Below are positions 1-8,262 of a stretch of 32,000 nt of DNA, in pieces. Origin of the DNA: Ktedonobacterales bacterium (GTDB lineage: Bacteria > Chloroflexota > Ktedonobacteria > Ktedonobacterales > JADMIN01); contig CP126532.1 of NCBI GenBank assembly GCA_030167145.1, forward strand, positions 1,110,001 to 1,142,000, in the 5' to 3' direction. Each line of letters starts with the position of its first letter. The stretch's first letter is position 1. The position numbers and the translations under genes are program-made. Below the pieces are notes generated by a model, which was given only the letters and a program-made list of their open reading frames with translations, made no database searches and was not told the DNA's origin.

Positions 1-1193
1 GGCTGGTGGGATTGTCCGGCGGCGGCAAGACCACGCTGGTGAAGTTAATCCCGCGTTTCTATGAAGCGCAACAAGGATCGGTACGTATAGACGGACTCGA
101 TAATCGCCTCTATCCCCTCGCGGTGCTGCGGCGAAATATCAGTATGGTACTTCAGGAATCAGTACTCTTCGAGGGGAGCATTGCAGACAACATTTCCATC
201 GGCAGACCAGATGCCACACCCGAAGAGGTGGTTGAGGCGGCGCGCAAAGCGAATATACATGAGGTAATCCTGCGGGATCTTGGTGGCTACGAGCGCCTGG
301 TTACTGAACAAGGCAAAGACCTCTCTGGCGGTCAGCGCCAGCGCATCGCTATCGCCCGCGCGATTCTTCGCGACGCCCCAATCCTGATTCTTGATGAGCC
401 GACGGCGGCGCTGGATGTTGAGGCCGAAACTGAAGTGATGCGCGCGCTCCACCAATTAGTGGAGGGACGTACGGTGATTATGATCTCTCACCGCCTGAGC
501 ACACTGGGGAGTGTTGACGAGATCATCGTCCTTAAAGCCGGCCAGATTGCCGAACAGGGAACCTTTGCAGAATTGAAGGAGCGAGGCGGCGTCTTCGCCG
601 CACTGCTTGAGGAACAGAATCGCTATAACCTCGAAAAGGTGGCGGAACAGAATCGCTATAACCTGCAAAAGGCTGGCAACGACTCCATTGTCCGTTCGGC
701 CTTTGTGCCGCTGGGGGTGGATGACGACCACCTGTCTCGCCAGCAAGTTCCTCCTGCCACCGACCGGGTGAAAGGAGAGCGCGCGGCACAGCGCGCCGGA
801 ACTCCGATAGGAATGGCACAGGCAGCGCCAGGAGATGGAAATCGGGGCCCGGCGGATCTTAGCGCTACTGTGATAGCAGTGCAGCGGCAGCAAGCGCCTC
901 CAGCCGAGATCACCGTTGCGATGGATGGTCAGATACTCACCCGACATGCGCTGAACAAGTCCATCATGACGATTGGCCGGCTCGCGGCAAATGATATTAC
1001 CGTGCCATTGCCGGGTATCTCGCGCACGCACGCGAAGATCGTTGCCAGAAATGGCGCCTGGGTTATTGAGGATACCGAAAGTTTGAATGGGCTGATCTAC
1101 CACGGTGAGCGTGTTGATCGCCTCATCCTGAAGACTGGCGACCGGATCCTTTTAGCGGCAGGAGTGGTGCTGCACTACCAGACGGTATCTTAG
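1..1193 (+). CDS. ABC exporter ATP-binding domain (5' end cut by window edge) fused to a C-terminal FHA domain
   Basis: The frame is open to the window edge; codons from nt 3 read LVGLSGGGKTT (Walker A). Also present: LSGGQRQRIAIARA signature, ILILDEPTAALD Walker B and ISHRL H-loop. An Ala/Pro/Gln-rich linker is followed by FHA hallmarks (TIGR..SRTHAKI..NGLIYHG). The upstream TMD lies outside the window. Confidence 0.9.
   Translation, partial: LVGLSGGGKTTLVKLIPRFYEAQQGSVRIDGLDNRLYPLAVLRRNISMVLQESVLFEGSIADNISIGRPDATPEEVVEAARKANIHEVILRDLGGYERLVTEQGKDLSGGQRQRIAIARAILRDAPILILDEPTAALDVEAETEVMRALHQLVEGRTVIMISHRLSTLGSVDEIIVLKAGQIAEQGTFAELKERGGVFAALLEEQNRYNLEKVAEQNRYNLQKAGNDSIVRSAFVPLGVDDDHLSRQQVPPATDRVKGERAAQRAGTPIGMAQAAPGDGNRGPADLSATVIAVQRQQAPPAEITVAMDGQILTRHALNKSIMTIGRLAANDITVPLPGISRTHAKIVARNGAWVIEDTESLNGLIYHGERVDRLILKTGDRILLAAGVVLHYQTVS
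612..677 (+). repeat. In-frame tandem duplication of 33 nt (2 units) in the NBD-FHA linker
   Basis: gaacagaatcgctataacct occurs at 612-631 and again exactly at 645-664. The unit tails diverge (cgaaaaggtggcg versus gcaaaaggctggc). The units encode EQNRYNLEKVA / EQNRYNLQKAG. Confidence 0.9.
909..1190 (+). other. FHA (phosphothreonine-binding) domain at the C-terminus of the ABC ATPase
   Basis: ITVAMDGQILTRHALNKSIMTIGRLAANDITVPLPGISRTHAKIVARNGAWVIEDTESLNGLIYHGERV carries the conserved G-R, S-R-x-H and N-G positions of FHA domains. Confidence 0.8.
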
Positions 1194-1217
1194 GGCGGTT
1201 GTGAAAAGGAGTAGGAG

Positions 1218-2609
1218 ATGGCGAAACCAGCCCCGATAGCGCCTAAAGGCCGAATTTCACCGCCGCCTGCTCGCGGAAAGCGAATCTCAGCAGGCCGCAT
1301 ATTCACCTGGATCTCAGGCATCGTCAGCTTCAGCCTAGTGCTGTATCTGTTCGGGGCGGTCGTACACCAGTTCGTCTTTCCGCCGCCAGCGCAGCGGCTG
1401 ATCATTGTCCAGGATGTTCGCCTTCCAAACGGCCTGGGCAAGAACGCGCAGGACGCAGCTTCACTGGCCCCTGGGATCGAAGACACATTGACCGACGGAT
1501 TCGATTTCCAGGCGTATGATGCCGCGACACACCGTCTGTTCATTGCCCATACCGGCCCCGATCCCGACATCATGAAGCAGCAGCACATTCCGTTCGATCC
1601 TCAGTACGACGGCAATGTAACGGTCTTTGACACTGCGCAAAATAAGGTGGTCGCGAGAATACCTGCCCCACAAGTAGCGGGGGTAATTGACGCGCCTGAT
1701 CTCGGCAAGGTCTTCGCGGCGGATGCAGAGGATAACATTATTTTTGACATCAACGTCAATACGATGCAAATCCAGGGGCAAATCCAGCTCCCTGATAACG
1801 ACGGCCCCGACGCCGTCGCGTATGACCCAGACGATCATCGCATCTTCGTTTCCGATCCCGGAACCCCGGCGGACTCCCTCGAATCTATGAACACTGATCC
1901 GAAAAATCAGGACGTAGCGGTGATTGACGCGGTGAACGATACACTGATCGGCCTAGTGAACGTTGGCTTGCTGCCCCTTCTGCCGGGGGAGAAGGCTCCG
2001 GTCACTGGCGATAACCTGCCGACGTGGGGGCGCGATGTGGGCCATAGTGATTATGACCTTGGGCACGAGTACGTGGCCTTGCAGGTCGCGGCCAATGCGG
2101 ACGATCCCAATGCCTATATCCTGCCGCCACATGCTACCGCTGAGTTTGCTTCGATTAACGCCGTGACGCTGAAAGTTGATAAGATCATCCGGCTGTCCCC
2201 CAATTGCAGCACGCCACATGGGATGACTATTGACAGGGAGCAGCATGCAGCCTTTGTGGCCTGCACCGACTTCGATCCCCAATCCGGGCTGTTCGAGTAT
2301 CTGCTGCGGGTTGATCTCGCCACTATGACGGTGATCCCCACAGACCCCAAGACGACCTCCTTGGCCGGAACCAGGCCAGACGTGGTGCGAATTGACCATA
2401 CGCTCCACGTGTTGTTCGTGTCGGGCGCGAGTGGTGTGACGATCTTCGACGAGAAAGCTGGCGAGTTCCACCGCCTGGGCGAAGCGGTTATCGGCGGAGA
2501 GACGCATAATATTGCGATCAATGAAGAGACGCAGCAGATGTACTTCGCCATCTTTGCCGGGGGCTTACCTGTGGTGCGCATCTGCCGTTATAACCCGCAT
2601 GGACAGTAA
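1218..2609 (+). CDS. Membrane-anchored beta-propeller repeat protein (YVTN/YncE-like)
   Basis: An SD (aaaaggag) lies upstream of the ATG, 24 nt after the ABC-FHA stop. There is an N-terminal TM helix (IFTWISGIVSFSLVLYLFGAVV). Recurring blade-like motifs follow (HRLFIAHTG, VTVFDTAQNKVV, HRIFVSDPG, VAVIDAVNDTLI, HAAFVAC, LHVLFVSG, QMYFAIF). Confidence 0.75.
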   Translation: MAKPAPIAPKGRISPPPARGKRISAGRIFTWISGIVSFSLVLYLFGAVVHQFVFPPPAQRLIIVQDVRLPNGLGKNAQDAASLAPGIEDTLTDGFDFQAYDAATHRLFIAHTGPDPDIMKQQHIPFDPQYDGNVTVFDTAQNKVVARIPAPQVAGVIDAPDLGKVFAADAEDNIIFDINVNTMQIQGQIQLPDNDGPDAVAYDPDDHRIFVSDPGTPADSLESMNTDPKNQDVAVIDAVNDTLIGLVNVGLLPLLPGEKAPVTGDNLPTWGRDVGHSDYDLGHEYVALQVAANADDPNAYILPPHATAEFASINAVTLKVDKIIRLSPNCSTPHGMTIDREQHAAFVACTDFDPQSGLFEYLLRVDLATMTVIPTDPKTTSLAGTRPDVVRIDHTLHVLFVSGASGVTIFDEKAGEFHRLGEAVIGGETHNIAINEETQQMYFAIFAGGLPVVRICRYNPHGQ

Positions 2610-2614
2610 CACAG

Positions 2615-2669
2615 ACTGAGCGAGCGAATCGCATGCTGATTTGCTTCAGCCTGGATTCGCTCGCTCAGT
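2615..2669. terminator. Bidirectional terminator-like hairpin between convergent genes
   Basis: A perfect 16-bp inverted repeat: actgagcgagcgaatc (2615-2630) and gattcgctcgctcagt (2654-2669), with a 23-nt loop. It lies between the stop at 2609 (+) and the stop at 2693 (-). There is no clear U-tract. Confidence 0.6.
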
Positions 2670-2692
2670 GAACAGGTGCATGAAGTGGTTGG

Positions 2693-3355
2693 TTAGCTCA
2701 CTGCATGGGTCTTCTCGCGAACGGGACGAATTGGCGCGGTGCGCCGGAGCATGCTCTGGTTGGCGGAGGCCAGCGCACGGAAGAAGAACCATACGCCCAC
2801 GAGCGCGAGGCCAGCCATGGAGATCCACATCAGCGCCAGGGCAAGCGATGGGTTGGCGTTGCTGACGAGGTTGTTGGCGAACCAGCTCAAGTGTTCCTGG
2901 CTGGCGGCTTCGACGCCAAATGTCTGGGGCACGTAATACAGGGTCGCTCCAACGATGAGGAAGATCGTTGCGAAGCGGTAGGCGCGAATATCGTCGTCCA
3001 CCCGCAGGATAATCTTGACCGCCAGAGCAAGCAGCAAACAGAGCGCCGCGAGCGAGCCAGTAATGGGCAGCGGCAACTGGGTGACTACATTAGGCAGGAA
3101 GAAGATCCAACTCAGCGCGAATGTCACGACTAGCACTGCGTCACGCGTGAGCAGGTACGACATCCACCAGACATCCGCGCCGAGGCGCAGGCCACAGCGT
3201 CGCAATGTGCGCAGCACGTAGGGCCGCGCGAAGTGAAGAATCAGGGTCATCGTCCAGAGGGCGGGCAGGAAGGCGACGAGTGTGGCGACGAGCCACTGTG
3301 CGCCACCCTGAACCAGGGCTTGCGTGATAGCGTTTGCGACATCTTCGGGGGTCAT
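2693..3355 (-). CDS. Polytopic membrane protein, unknown family (paralogue B)
   Basis: SD gaggag upstream of the ATG; about 6 hydrophobic helices. It is colinear with 3445..4086, sharing RPYVL, LRLGAD, FF.P.VV, LP.TG.LAA, LY.VP and NP motifs. Confidence 0.8.
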   Translation of the reverse strand: MTPEDVANAITQALVQGGAQWLVATLVAFLPALWTMTLILHFARPYVLRTLRRCGLRLGADVWWMSYLLTRDAVLVVTFALSWIFFLPNVVTQLPLPITGSLAALCLLLALAVKIILRVDDDIRAYRFATIFLIVGATLYYVPQTFGVEAASQEHLSWFANNLVSNANPSLALALMWISMAGLALVGVWFFFRALASANQSMLRRTAPIRPVREKTHAVS

Positions 3356-3444
3356 CTTCTCTACTCCTCTCGCACATGTGAGAGCACTCGTTGCGTAATG
3401 GTCGGGTGGCGCTACGCTTGAGCGCCGGGTAGTTGTTGCGTGTG

Positions 3445-4086
3445 CTAACGCGCCACTGGCTCGCTTTCGGCAGCCTCAGGTTGTCCGCCAGTCTTTAGCG
3501 CATAGCCAGCGGCAATCGCTGCCAGGATGGCGATGAGCGCGATGGACACGTAGGCAAGGCCGACGGCCCAGATCGGATTCGTGCTGGTGACGAGGAAGTT
3601 GCTGACATCAGCGATACTGCCCGCAGCAACCGCGCTTGCCTGGACACCGAGCACGTAGGGCACGAAGTAGAGCAACGCACCAAGGCCCAGCAGATAGGTG
3701 ACGGCTCGGAAGGCGCGTGCGTTATGATCAGGATCGCCCATCAGTTTGATAAGCAGCACGCCAAACAGCACGACCGCCGCAAGCCCGCCAGTGAGTGGAA
3801 GTTGATCGGTGACGACGACATCGGGGAAGAAGAACATGAAGCTCATCACGACGCCAGAGACGATCAACAGGTCGCGCAGGGCGACGTAGATCAGCCAGAG
3901 CATGTCCGCGCCCAGACGCAGCGTGAACCGATCAATGATACTCAAGACATAGGGGCGGCCGAGATGCAGCCCCAGCAAAACAATCCAGATGATCGGCAGG
4001 GCGGCGGCCAGCGTGCCTTCGAGGAACTGCTCGCCTCCCGCATTGATACCATCCACAATCGCGTTGGTGAGATCTTGTACCGACAT
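3445..4086 (-). CDS. Polytopic membrane protein, unknown family (paralogue A)
   Basis: SD aggagg upstream of the ATG, 30 nt after the stop of the upstream flavoprotein gene. About 6 hydrophobic helices; colinear paralogue of 2693..3355. Confidence 0.8.
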   Translation of the reverse strand: MSVQDLTNAIVDGINAGGEQFLEGTLAAALPIIWIVLLGLHLGRPYVLSIIDRFTLRLGADMLWLIYVALRDLLIVSGVVMSFMFFFPDVVVTDQLPLTGGLAAVVLFGVLLIKLMGDPDHNARAFRAVTYLLGLGALLYFVPYVLGVQASAVAAGSIADVSNFLVTSTNPIWAVGLAYVSIALIAILAAIAAGYALKTGGQPEAAESEPVAR

Positions 4087-4116
4087 GGAGAAACCTCCTG
4101 TGGACTACAGGCGCTC

Positions 4117-6087
4117 TCAGTGAGGAGCGCGAACTACGGCAGGTTGGTTGGCACCGGTGACTTTGACGGTAGGGCAGAGATACGCCAGGTCACAGCGTAG
4201 GCAGCGGCTGCCTTCGCGTTGCGCCTGCTCTTCGGTGAAGCCGAGCGCGAATTCGACGTTGCGGTCGCGCGCGGCGTTTTCCGCACGCAGTGGCATCTCT
4301 TCACGCGGGCTAGAATGCAGGTCGAGAGTGATGGTGCCATCTGGCGGCAAGGTTGAGGTGGTCTCGAACTCGTCTTCGGGCATCTCCGCGACGCTCTGCG
4401 GGTTCAGGCCGCGCAGATACGCATGGATTGAGCGGGCGGCTATGCGTCCGTGGGCGGCGGCATGAATGATGGACTTCGGCCCATAGGTAACATCGCCTGC
4501 TGCAAAGATGCCCTCGCCACCAGTCGCCAGGGTCTGGGGGTTCACTAGTAAGCCACCCCACGCGGCGACCTCTACGCTGGTGCCTTCCGGCAAGAACGAG
4601 GGATCAGGGGCTTCGCCAATGGCGACGAGCACGACATTGGCGGGCAAGTCGAACTCGGAATCTGGGATGGGAAGCGGCTGTCGCCGACCATGCGCATCTG
4701 GCTCGCCCTGGCGCATGCGCTGGCAAGTCACGCTGCGGAGCTGGCCTTCGGCGCCGTTCAACCGAAGTGGGGCAGCTAGCTCAGTAAGCTGGATGCCTTC
4801 GGCGAGCGCGGCGCGCACTTCTTCGGGCTGCGCTGGCATCTCGTCGCGTGTACGGCGGTAGAGAATATGCACGGTTGTGGCCCCTGCGCGCAAAGCTGAG
4901 CGCGCCGCATCCATTGCCGTGCTGCCGCCGCCGACAACGACAACCATGCCCGTGAGCCGTGTCTCGGGGGCAAGGTTGTACTGCTTCAGGAATGTCGTTG
5001 CGGGAATGACCCCTTTCAGTTCAGTCTCACCGGCAATCCCAAGGCGCTGGCTGCGTTGCGCGCCCACCGCCAGGAGGACTGCGTCATACTGGTCGCGCAA
5101 GTCATTCAAGGTGACATCGCGGCCAATCGCCGTGTTCAAGCGCAATTCCACGCCCAGTTCGCGTATCGCATCAATGTCGCGATTCAACTCGGCGCGAGGC
5201 AGGCGATATTCTGGGATGCCAATGGACATCATGCCGCCCGCGACCGGCATGGCATCGAAGACGGTAACGCCATATCCCCTGCGAGCGAGGTAATAGGCCG
5301 CGCTTAGGCCGGTTGGGCCAGCGCCCACTATCGCCACGTTCTCATGGTATTGGTGCTTGGGATGCGGTAGGTGGCGTTGGTACACGCCGTGGTCAGTGGC
5401 GAAGCGTTTCAGGTCGCGAATAGCGATGGGCGCATCGAACTCACCGCGCCGACAGACCGCCTCGCAGGGAGCAGTGCAGACACGGCCGCAGATCGCCGGG
5501 AAAGGGTTCGGCTCAGAGGCGACCTGTAACGCCTCGGAGTAGCGGCCCTGGGCGACAAGGCTGACATAGAGACCAGCGTTGGTGCCGACGGGGCATGCCG
5601 CCTGACATGGCGCACGCAGATCCTCTTTGCGCTCACCAAGCCAGGTGCGCCAGGTCTGCCATACGTCATTCCGTTCGGCGACGTGCCATGCGTGACCGTC
5701 GCCCCACGGGGTTTCGCCCGGCTCTTCGGGCATGGCGCGTGTGTAGGCATCGAGTGGTTGCCAACCATCTACAGGGGGCAGATAGGTGATGAGGCCACGA
5801 CGAGCAAGGGCAGGCGCATCGGAGCCAGCCTGAATGGTGATGGCGCTGGTTGGGCACTCCTGGGCGCAGACCTGGCAGCCAATGCAGTCCGCGACCTGCA
5901 CCGGCGCGAGCATCATCCAGGGCCGCGTAGCCGATTCGGTGGGAATCGGACTTCTCCGTTCTGCTTCACGCGCCAGTTCGCCATCGCCAGCGGGGCGTGT
6001 CATATCGAGACAGCGCACCGGGCAGAGATCCATGCAGATGCCGCAATTGATACAGACATCTTCGCGCACAAGGAAACGGTAAGCCAT
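4117..6087 (-). CDS. 4Fe-4S ferredoxin-fused GltD-family NAD(P)H-dependent flavoprotein oxidoreductase (AegA/SudA-like architecture)
   Basis: SD aaaggag. Two CxxCxxCxxxCP motifs (CINCGICMDLCP, CIGCQVCAQECP). GltD-type cluster region CQAACPV...CGRVCTAPCEAVC. Dinucleotide motifs VAIVGAGPTGLSAAYYL and VVVVGGGSTAMDAA; FAAGDV near the C-terminus; an extra C-terminal CLRCDLAYLCP. Confidence 0.85.
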   Translation of the reverse strand: MAYRFLVREDVCINCGICMDLCPVRCLDMTRPAGDGELAREAERRSPIPTESATRPWMMLAPVQVADCIGCQVCAQECPTSAITIQAGSDAPALARRGLITYLPPVDGWQPLDAYTRAMPEEPGETPWGDGHAWHVAERNDVWQTWRTWLGERKEDLRAPCQAACPVGTNAGLYVSLVAQGRYSEALQVASEPNPFPAICGRVCTAPCEAVCRRGEFDAPIAIRDLKRFATDHGVYQRHLPHPKHQYHENVAIVGAGPTGLSAAYYLARRGYGVTVFDAMPVAGGMMSIGIPEYRLPRAELNRDIDAIRELGVELRLNTAIGRDVTLNDLRDQYDAVLLAVGAQRSQRLGIAGETELKGVIPATTFLKQYNLAPETRLTGMVVVVGGGSTAMDAARSALRAGATTVHILYRRTRDEMPAQPEEVRAALAEGIQLTELAAPLRLNGAEGQLRSVTCQRMRQGEPDAHGRRQPLPIPDSEFDLPANVVLVAIGEAPDPSFLPEGTSVEVAAWGGLLVNPQTLATGGEGIFAAGDVTYGPKSIIHAAAHGRIAARSIHAYLRGLNPQSVAEMPEDEFETTSTLPPDGTITLDLHSSPREEMPLRAENAARDRNVEFALGFTEEQAQREGSRCLRCDLAYLCPTVKVTGANQPAVVRAPH

Positions 6088-6281
6088 ACGGATCTCCTTT
6101 CGAGATCACGCGACGCGCTACAAAACGCCACCTCCGAGGAACAGCAAACCGAACGAGGATATACAAAGTTGCGTAGGCAATTTGACTGAAACAAGTGTGA
6201 TGGGGATATATCACGGGCATGTCACAGCGTCCGAATCCGGTGTCACGCGTGGTTCACAAGCGAGGGGAACTATACTTCAGT

Positions 6282-6322
6282 GCAAAACACACCCTCTTCT
6301 GACCTGCGGAAGAGGGTGTGTT
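6282..6322 (-). terminator. Rho-independent terminator downstream of hsp20
   Basis: A perfect 14-bp stem: aacacaccctcttc (6286-6299) and gaagagggtgtgtt (6309-6322), with a 9-nt loop. On the minus strand it is followed by tttt (complement of 6282-6285). Confidence 0.75.
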
Positions 6323-6466
6323 GAGATAGGCGTCCATGCCGCGCTTCGTCAGCAGAGGGCGCTCATCCTTGTGAGACGGACGTACAGAGCATGGACGCAA
6401 AGTGGGGTCAAGCAGGATCGCGCAACATCCCAGCGCCTTACCTACTGTGCGTCAGCGCCAACCGGC

Positions 6467-6913
6467 TTAGTGAGCCTTTGGGTTTACGGGGATGCGCTTG
6501 GGCGAGGCTGCTGTGCTCTTCGGAATGGTGAGTGTGAGCACACCATGCTCATAGGTCGCCTGGACCTTGTCGGCATCTACGCTTCCGGGCATCTCGAACG
6601 TGCGTGTAACCTCGCCAGCATAGCGCTCGCGGCGCACATAGTTTCCCGCTTTCTCCTCCTTCGTTTCGCGCTTTGTCGCGGCGTGGATGGTGAGCACGCC
6701 ACCTTTGGCGGTGACCTCCACTTCCTCTGGCTTGAAGCCAGGGAGCGCGGCCTCCACAACATACGAGGTGTCAGTCTCCAGAATGTCTACTGGTAGTCGG
6801 TATGTGGGGAAGCTGGGCAGGCCCATGCCAAAGAAGCTGCTATCAATGAGCCGGTTCATCACGTCGCGCAAGGGCAGTGGAGATTCCATCGGGTCAAATA
6901 CGCTCATGGACAT
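6467..6913 (-). CDS. Small heat-shock protein, Hsp20/alpha-crystallin family
   Basis: Alpha-crystallin domain motifs (PVDILETDTSYVVEAALPGFKPEEVEVT, GVLTIHA, ATYEHGVLTLTIPK). I place the start at ATG 6913 because the track's GTG at 6928 lies within the SD itself (gtgaaggaggaacctATG). Confidence 0.9.
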   Translation of the reverse strand: MSMSVFDPMESPLPLRDVMNRLIDSSFFGMGLPSFPTYRLPVDILETDTSYVVEAALPGFKPEEVEVTAKGGVLTIHAATKRETKEEKAGNYVRRERYAGEVTRTFEMPGSVDADKVQATYEHGVLTLTIPKSTAASPKRIPVNPKAH

Positions 6914-6980
6914 AGGTTCCTCCTTCACACCTGCGGTGGTGTGTGTCTAGCAACGGCGGTCAGCATCGTGGCCACCTCTG

Positions 6981-6997
6981 GCAGCATAAGATGCTGC
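6981..6997. promoter_or_regulatory. Perfect palindrome in the hsp20 / dsrE-like divergent intergenic region
   Basis: gcagcat-aag-atgctgc, with 7-bp arms and a 3-nt spacer, about 70 nt upstream of the hsp20 ATG. It could be an operator or a 5'-UTR hairpin; function unknown. Confidence 0.3.
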
Positions 6998-7251
6998 GCT
7001 CACATTGGCCTCACTGTCCGCAGAGCGCATACCACAGTATGCTCACTGCTCTCTGCTCCCTATGTGCTCACTATCCGTGATCGCGGATGAGACGAATTGC
7101 TTCCTGACCGTACTGTGAAGCGTGGAGCATTCTACGTGACGGCCTCGTGAGATGGCTGCCATATATTTGCGAGTGCAGGGTCATGCACGGCGCAAGCCAT
7201 GTGGGCCAGCCTGCCAGATGAACTGGTAGCAGAGCAGAAAAGAGGGTTACC

Positions 7252-7668
7252 ATGGCAGATCGCATGTCGCTCATCGTGTTCTCCGGGACGGTGGATAAGC
7301 TGATGGCCGCATCCATTCTCACGACGGGAGCCGCCGCGATGGGGATGGAAGTCGAACTGTTTCTCACGACCTGGGGACTTGAGGCGTTCCGCAAAGATGC
7401 GTATAAGACGAACACGCGTGTCAGTGCGGACTTTCAGGACTATGCTTCGCCGATGATGGAAGCAATGCAAGCGAAGCATGTTCCGTCCTGGATGGAGAAT
7501 CTGCTCGGCGCACGTGAGATTGGCGATGTGAAGGTCTTCGCATGCAGCATGACGATGGAACTCTTCGGCATCAAGCATGAAGACCTCGAACCTATCGTTG
7601 ACGAGGTGACTGGGGTCGCGACGTTCGTCGAGCGTGCGAAAGAGAGCGCGATCACCCTGTTCATTTGA
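7252..7668 (+). CDS. DsrE/DsrF-like sulfur-relay family protein
   Basis: MSLIVFSGTVDKLMAASILTTGAAAMGMEVELFLTTWG and VKVFACSMTMELFG (conserved Cys), with a C-terminal ITLFI. This is the typical DsrE-like fold signature. It sits next to TusA-like and SQR-like genes. Confidence 0.75.
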   Translation: MADRMSLIVFSGTVDKLMAASILTTGAAAMGMEVELFLTTWGLEAFRKDAYKTNTRVSADFQDYASPMMEAMQAKHVPSWMENLLGAREIGDVKVFACSMTMELFGIKHEDLEPIVDEVTGVATFVERAKESAITLFI

Positions 7669-7748
7669 ACGGCGCGTGACTACCACCGCGCTTCCCTAAT
7701 ACGCGCTCGGCAGCATCACCACTGGTCTGGAAGGAAAGGAAACGCACA

Positions 7749-7958
7749 ATGGGTGCTTTTATCCAGTTCATGCAAAGCCACACAGGAAGGCTCGTGCGTA
7801 TCGTCGCGGGCGGGTCGCTGATGATTGCAGGTATCTGGCTGGTCGGTGGTGTATGGGGAGTGGTTCTCGCCGTTATCGGCGCGGTTCCGGTGGTAGCGGG
7901 AGCGGTTGGCATCTGTCTGATTGCCCCGCTCTTTGGCTACGAGCTATCCAGCGAGTGA
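7749..7958 (+). CDS. DUF2892 (YgaP C-terminal-like) small two-helix membrane protein
   Basis: SD aaggaaagga. GRLVRIVAGGSLMIAGIWLVGGVWGVVLAVIGAVPVVAGAVGICLIAPLFG matches the DUF2892 pattern, including the late Cys. Confidence 0.7.
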   Translation: MGAFIQFMQSHTGRLVRIVAGGSLMIAGIWLVGGVWGVVLAVIGAVPVVAGAVGICLIAPLFGYELSSE

Positions 7959-7985
7959 GGTTGGATAGGGACAAAGGAGACACCA

Positions 7986-8234
7986 ATGTTAGACATCGGC
8001 AACATCATCATTGATAAAGAGATTGATGCCCGTGGCAGTTTCTGCCCTGGGCCGTTGATGGAGTTGATCCGCGGAATGAAGGCGCTGCACGTGGGTGGTG
8101 TCCTGGCGGTTCTCTCCAGCGATCCCGGCTCATCCAAAGACATCCCCGCCTGGATTCAGAAGGCTGGTCATGAGTTGATCGGTGTCTTCCCAGAGCAAGG
8201 CTATACGCGCTTCGTCGCACGCAAGACACACTGA
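7986..8234 (+). CDS. tusA: TusA/SirA-like sulfurtransferase
   Basis: SD aaaggag. IDARGSFCPGPLMEL carries the Cys-Pro-x-Pro active-site motif. 82 aa, the typical size. Confidence 0.85.
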   Translation: MLDIGNIIIDKEIDARGSFCPGPLMELIRGMKALHVGGVLAVLSSDPGSSKDIPAWIQKAGHELIGVFPEQGYTRFVARKTH

Positions 8235-8262
8235 ACGCTCGTGCCTGAAAGGAGGCGGCATC

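Noticed and set aside
456-1103. A 215-aa minus-strand ORF inside the ABC-FHA gene, and similar shadow ORFs (1953..2507, 2114..2581, 6182..6796, 7132..7686, 18077..18745, 29301..29804, 30257..30949).
   Set aside because: All overlap motif-supported genes on the opposite strand and lack SDs and recognisable motifs.
6914-6928. GTG 6928 as the hsp20 start.
   Set aside because: The codons GTG AAG GAG GAA constitute the Shine-Dalgarno sequence for ATG 6913.
6914-7251. CIRCE, HAIR or ROSE-type heat-shock elements upstream of hsp20.
   Set aside because: No TTAGCACTC-N9-GAGTGCTAA or CTTGAGT-N7-ACTCAAG match was seen. The only hairpin does not pair with the SD.
8182-8262. Upstream extension of the SQR-like gene (track start 8182).
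   Set aside because: It would overlap the 3' end of tusA in another frame. A clear SD (gaaaggagg) precedes ATG 8263, which begins directly with the Rossmann motif.
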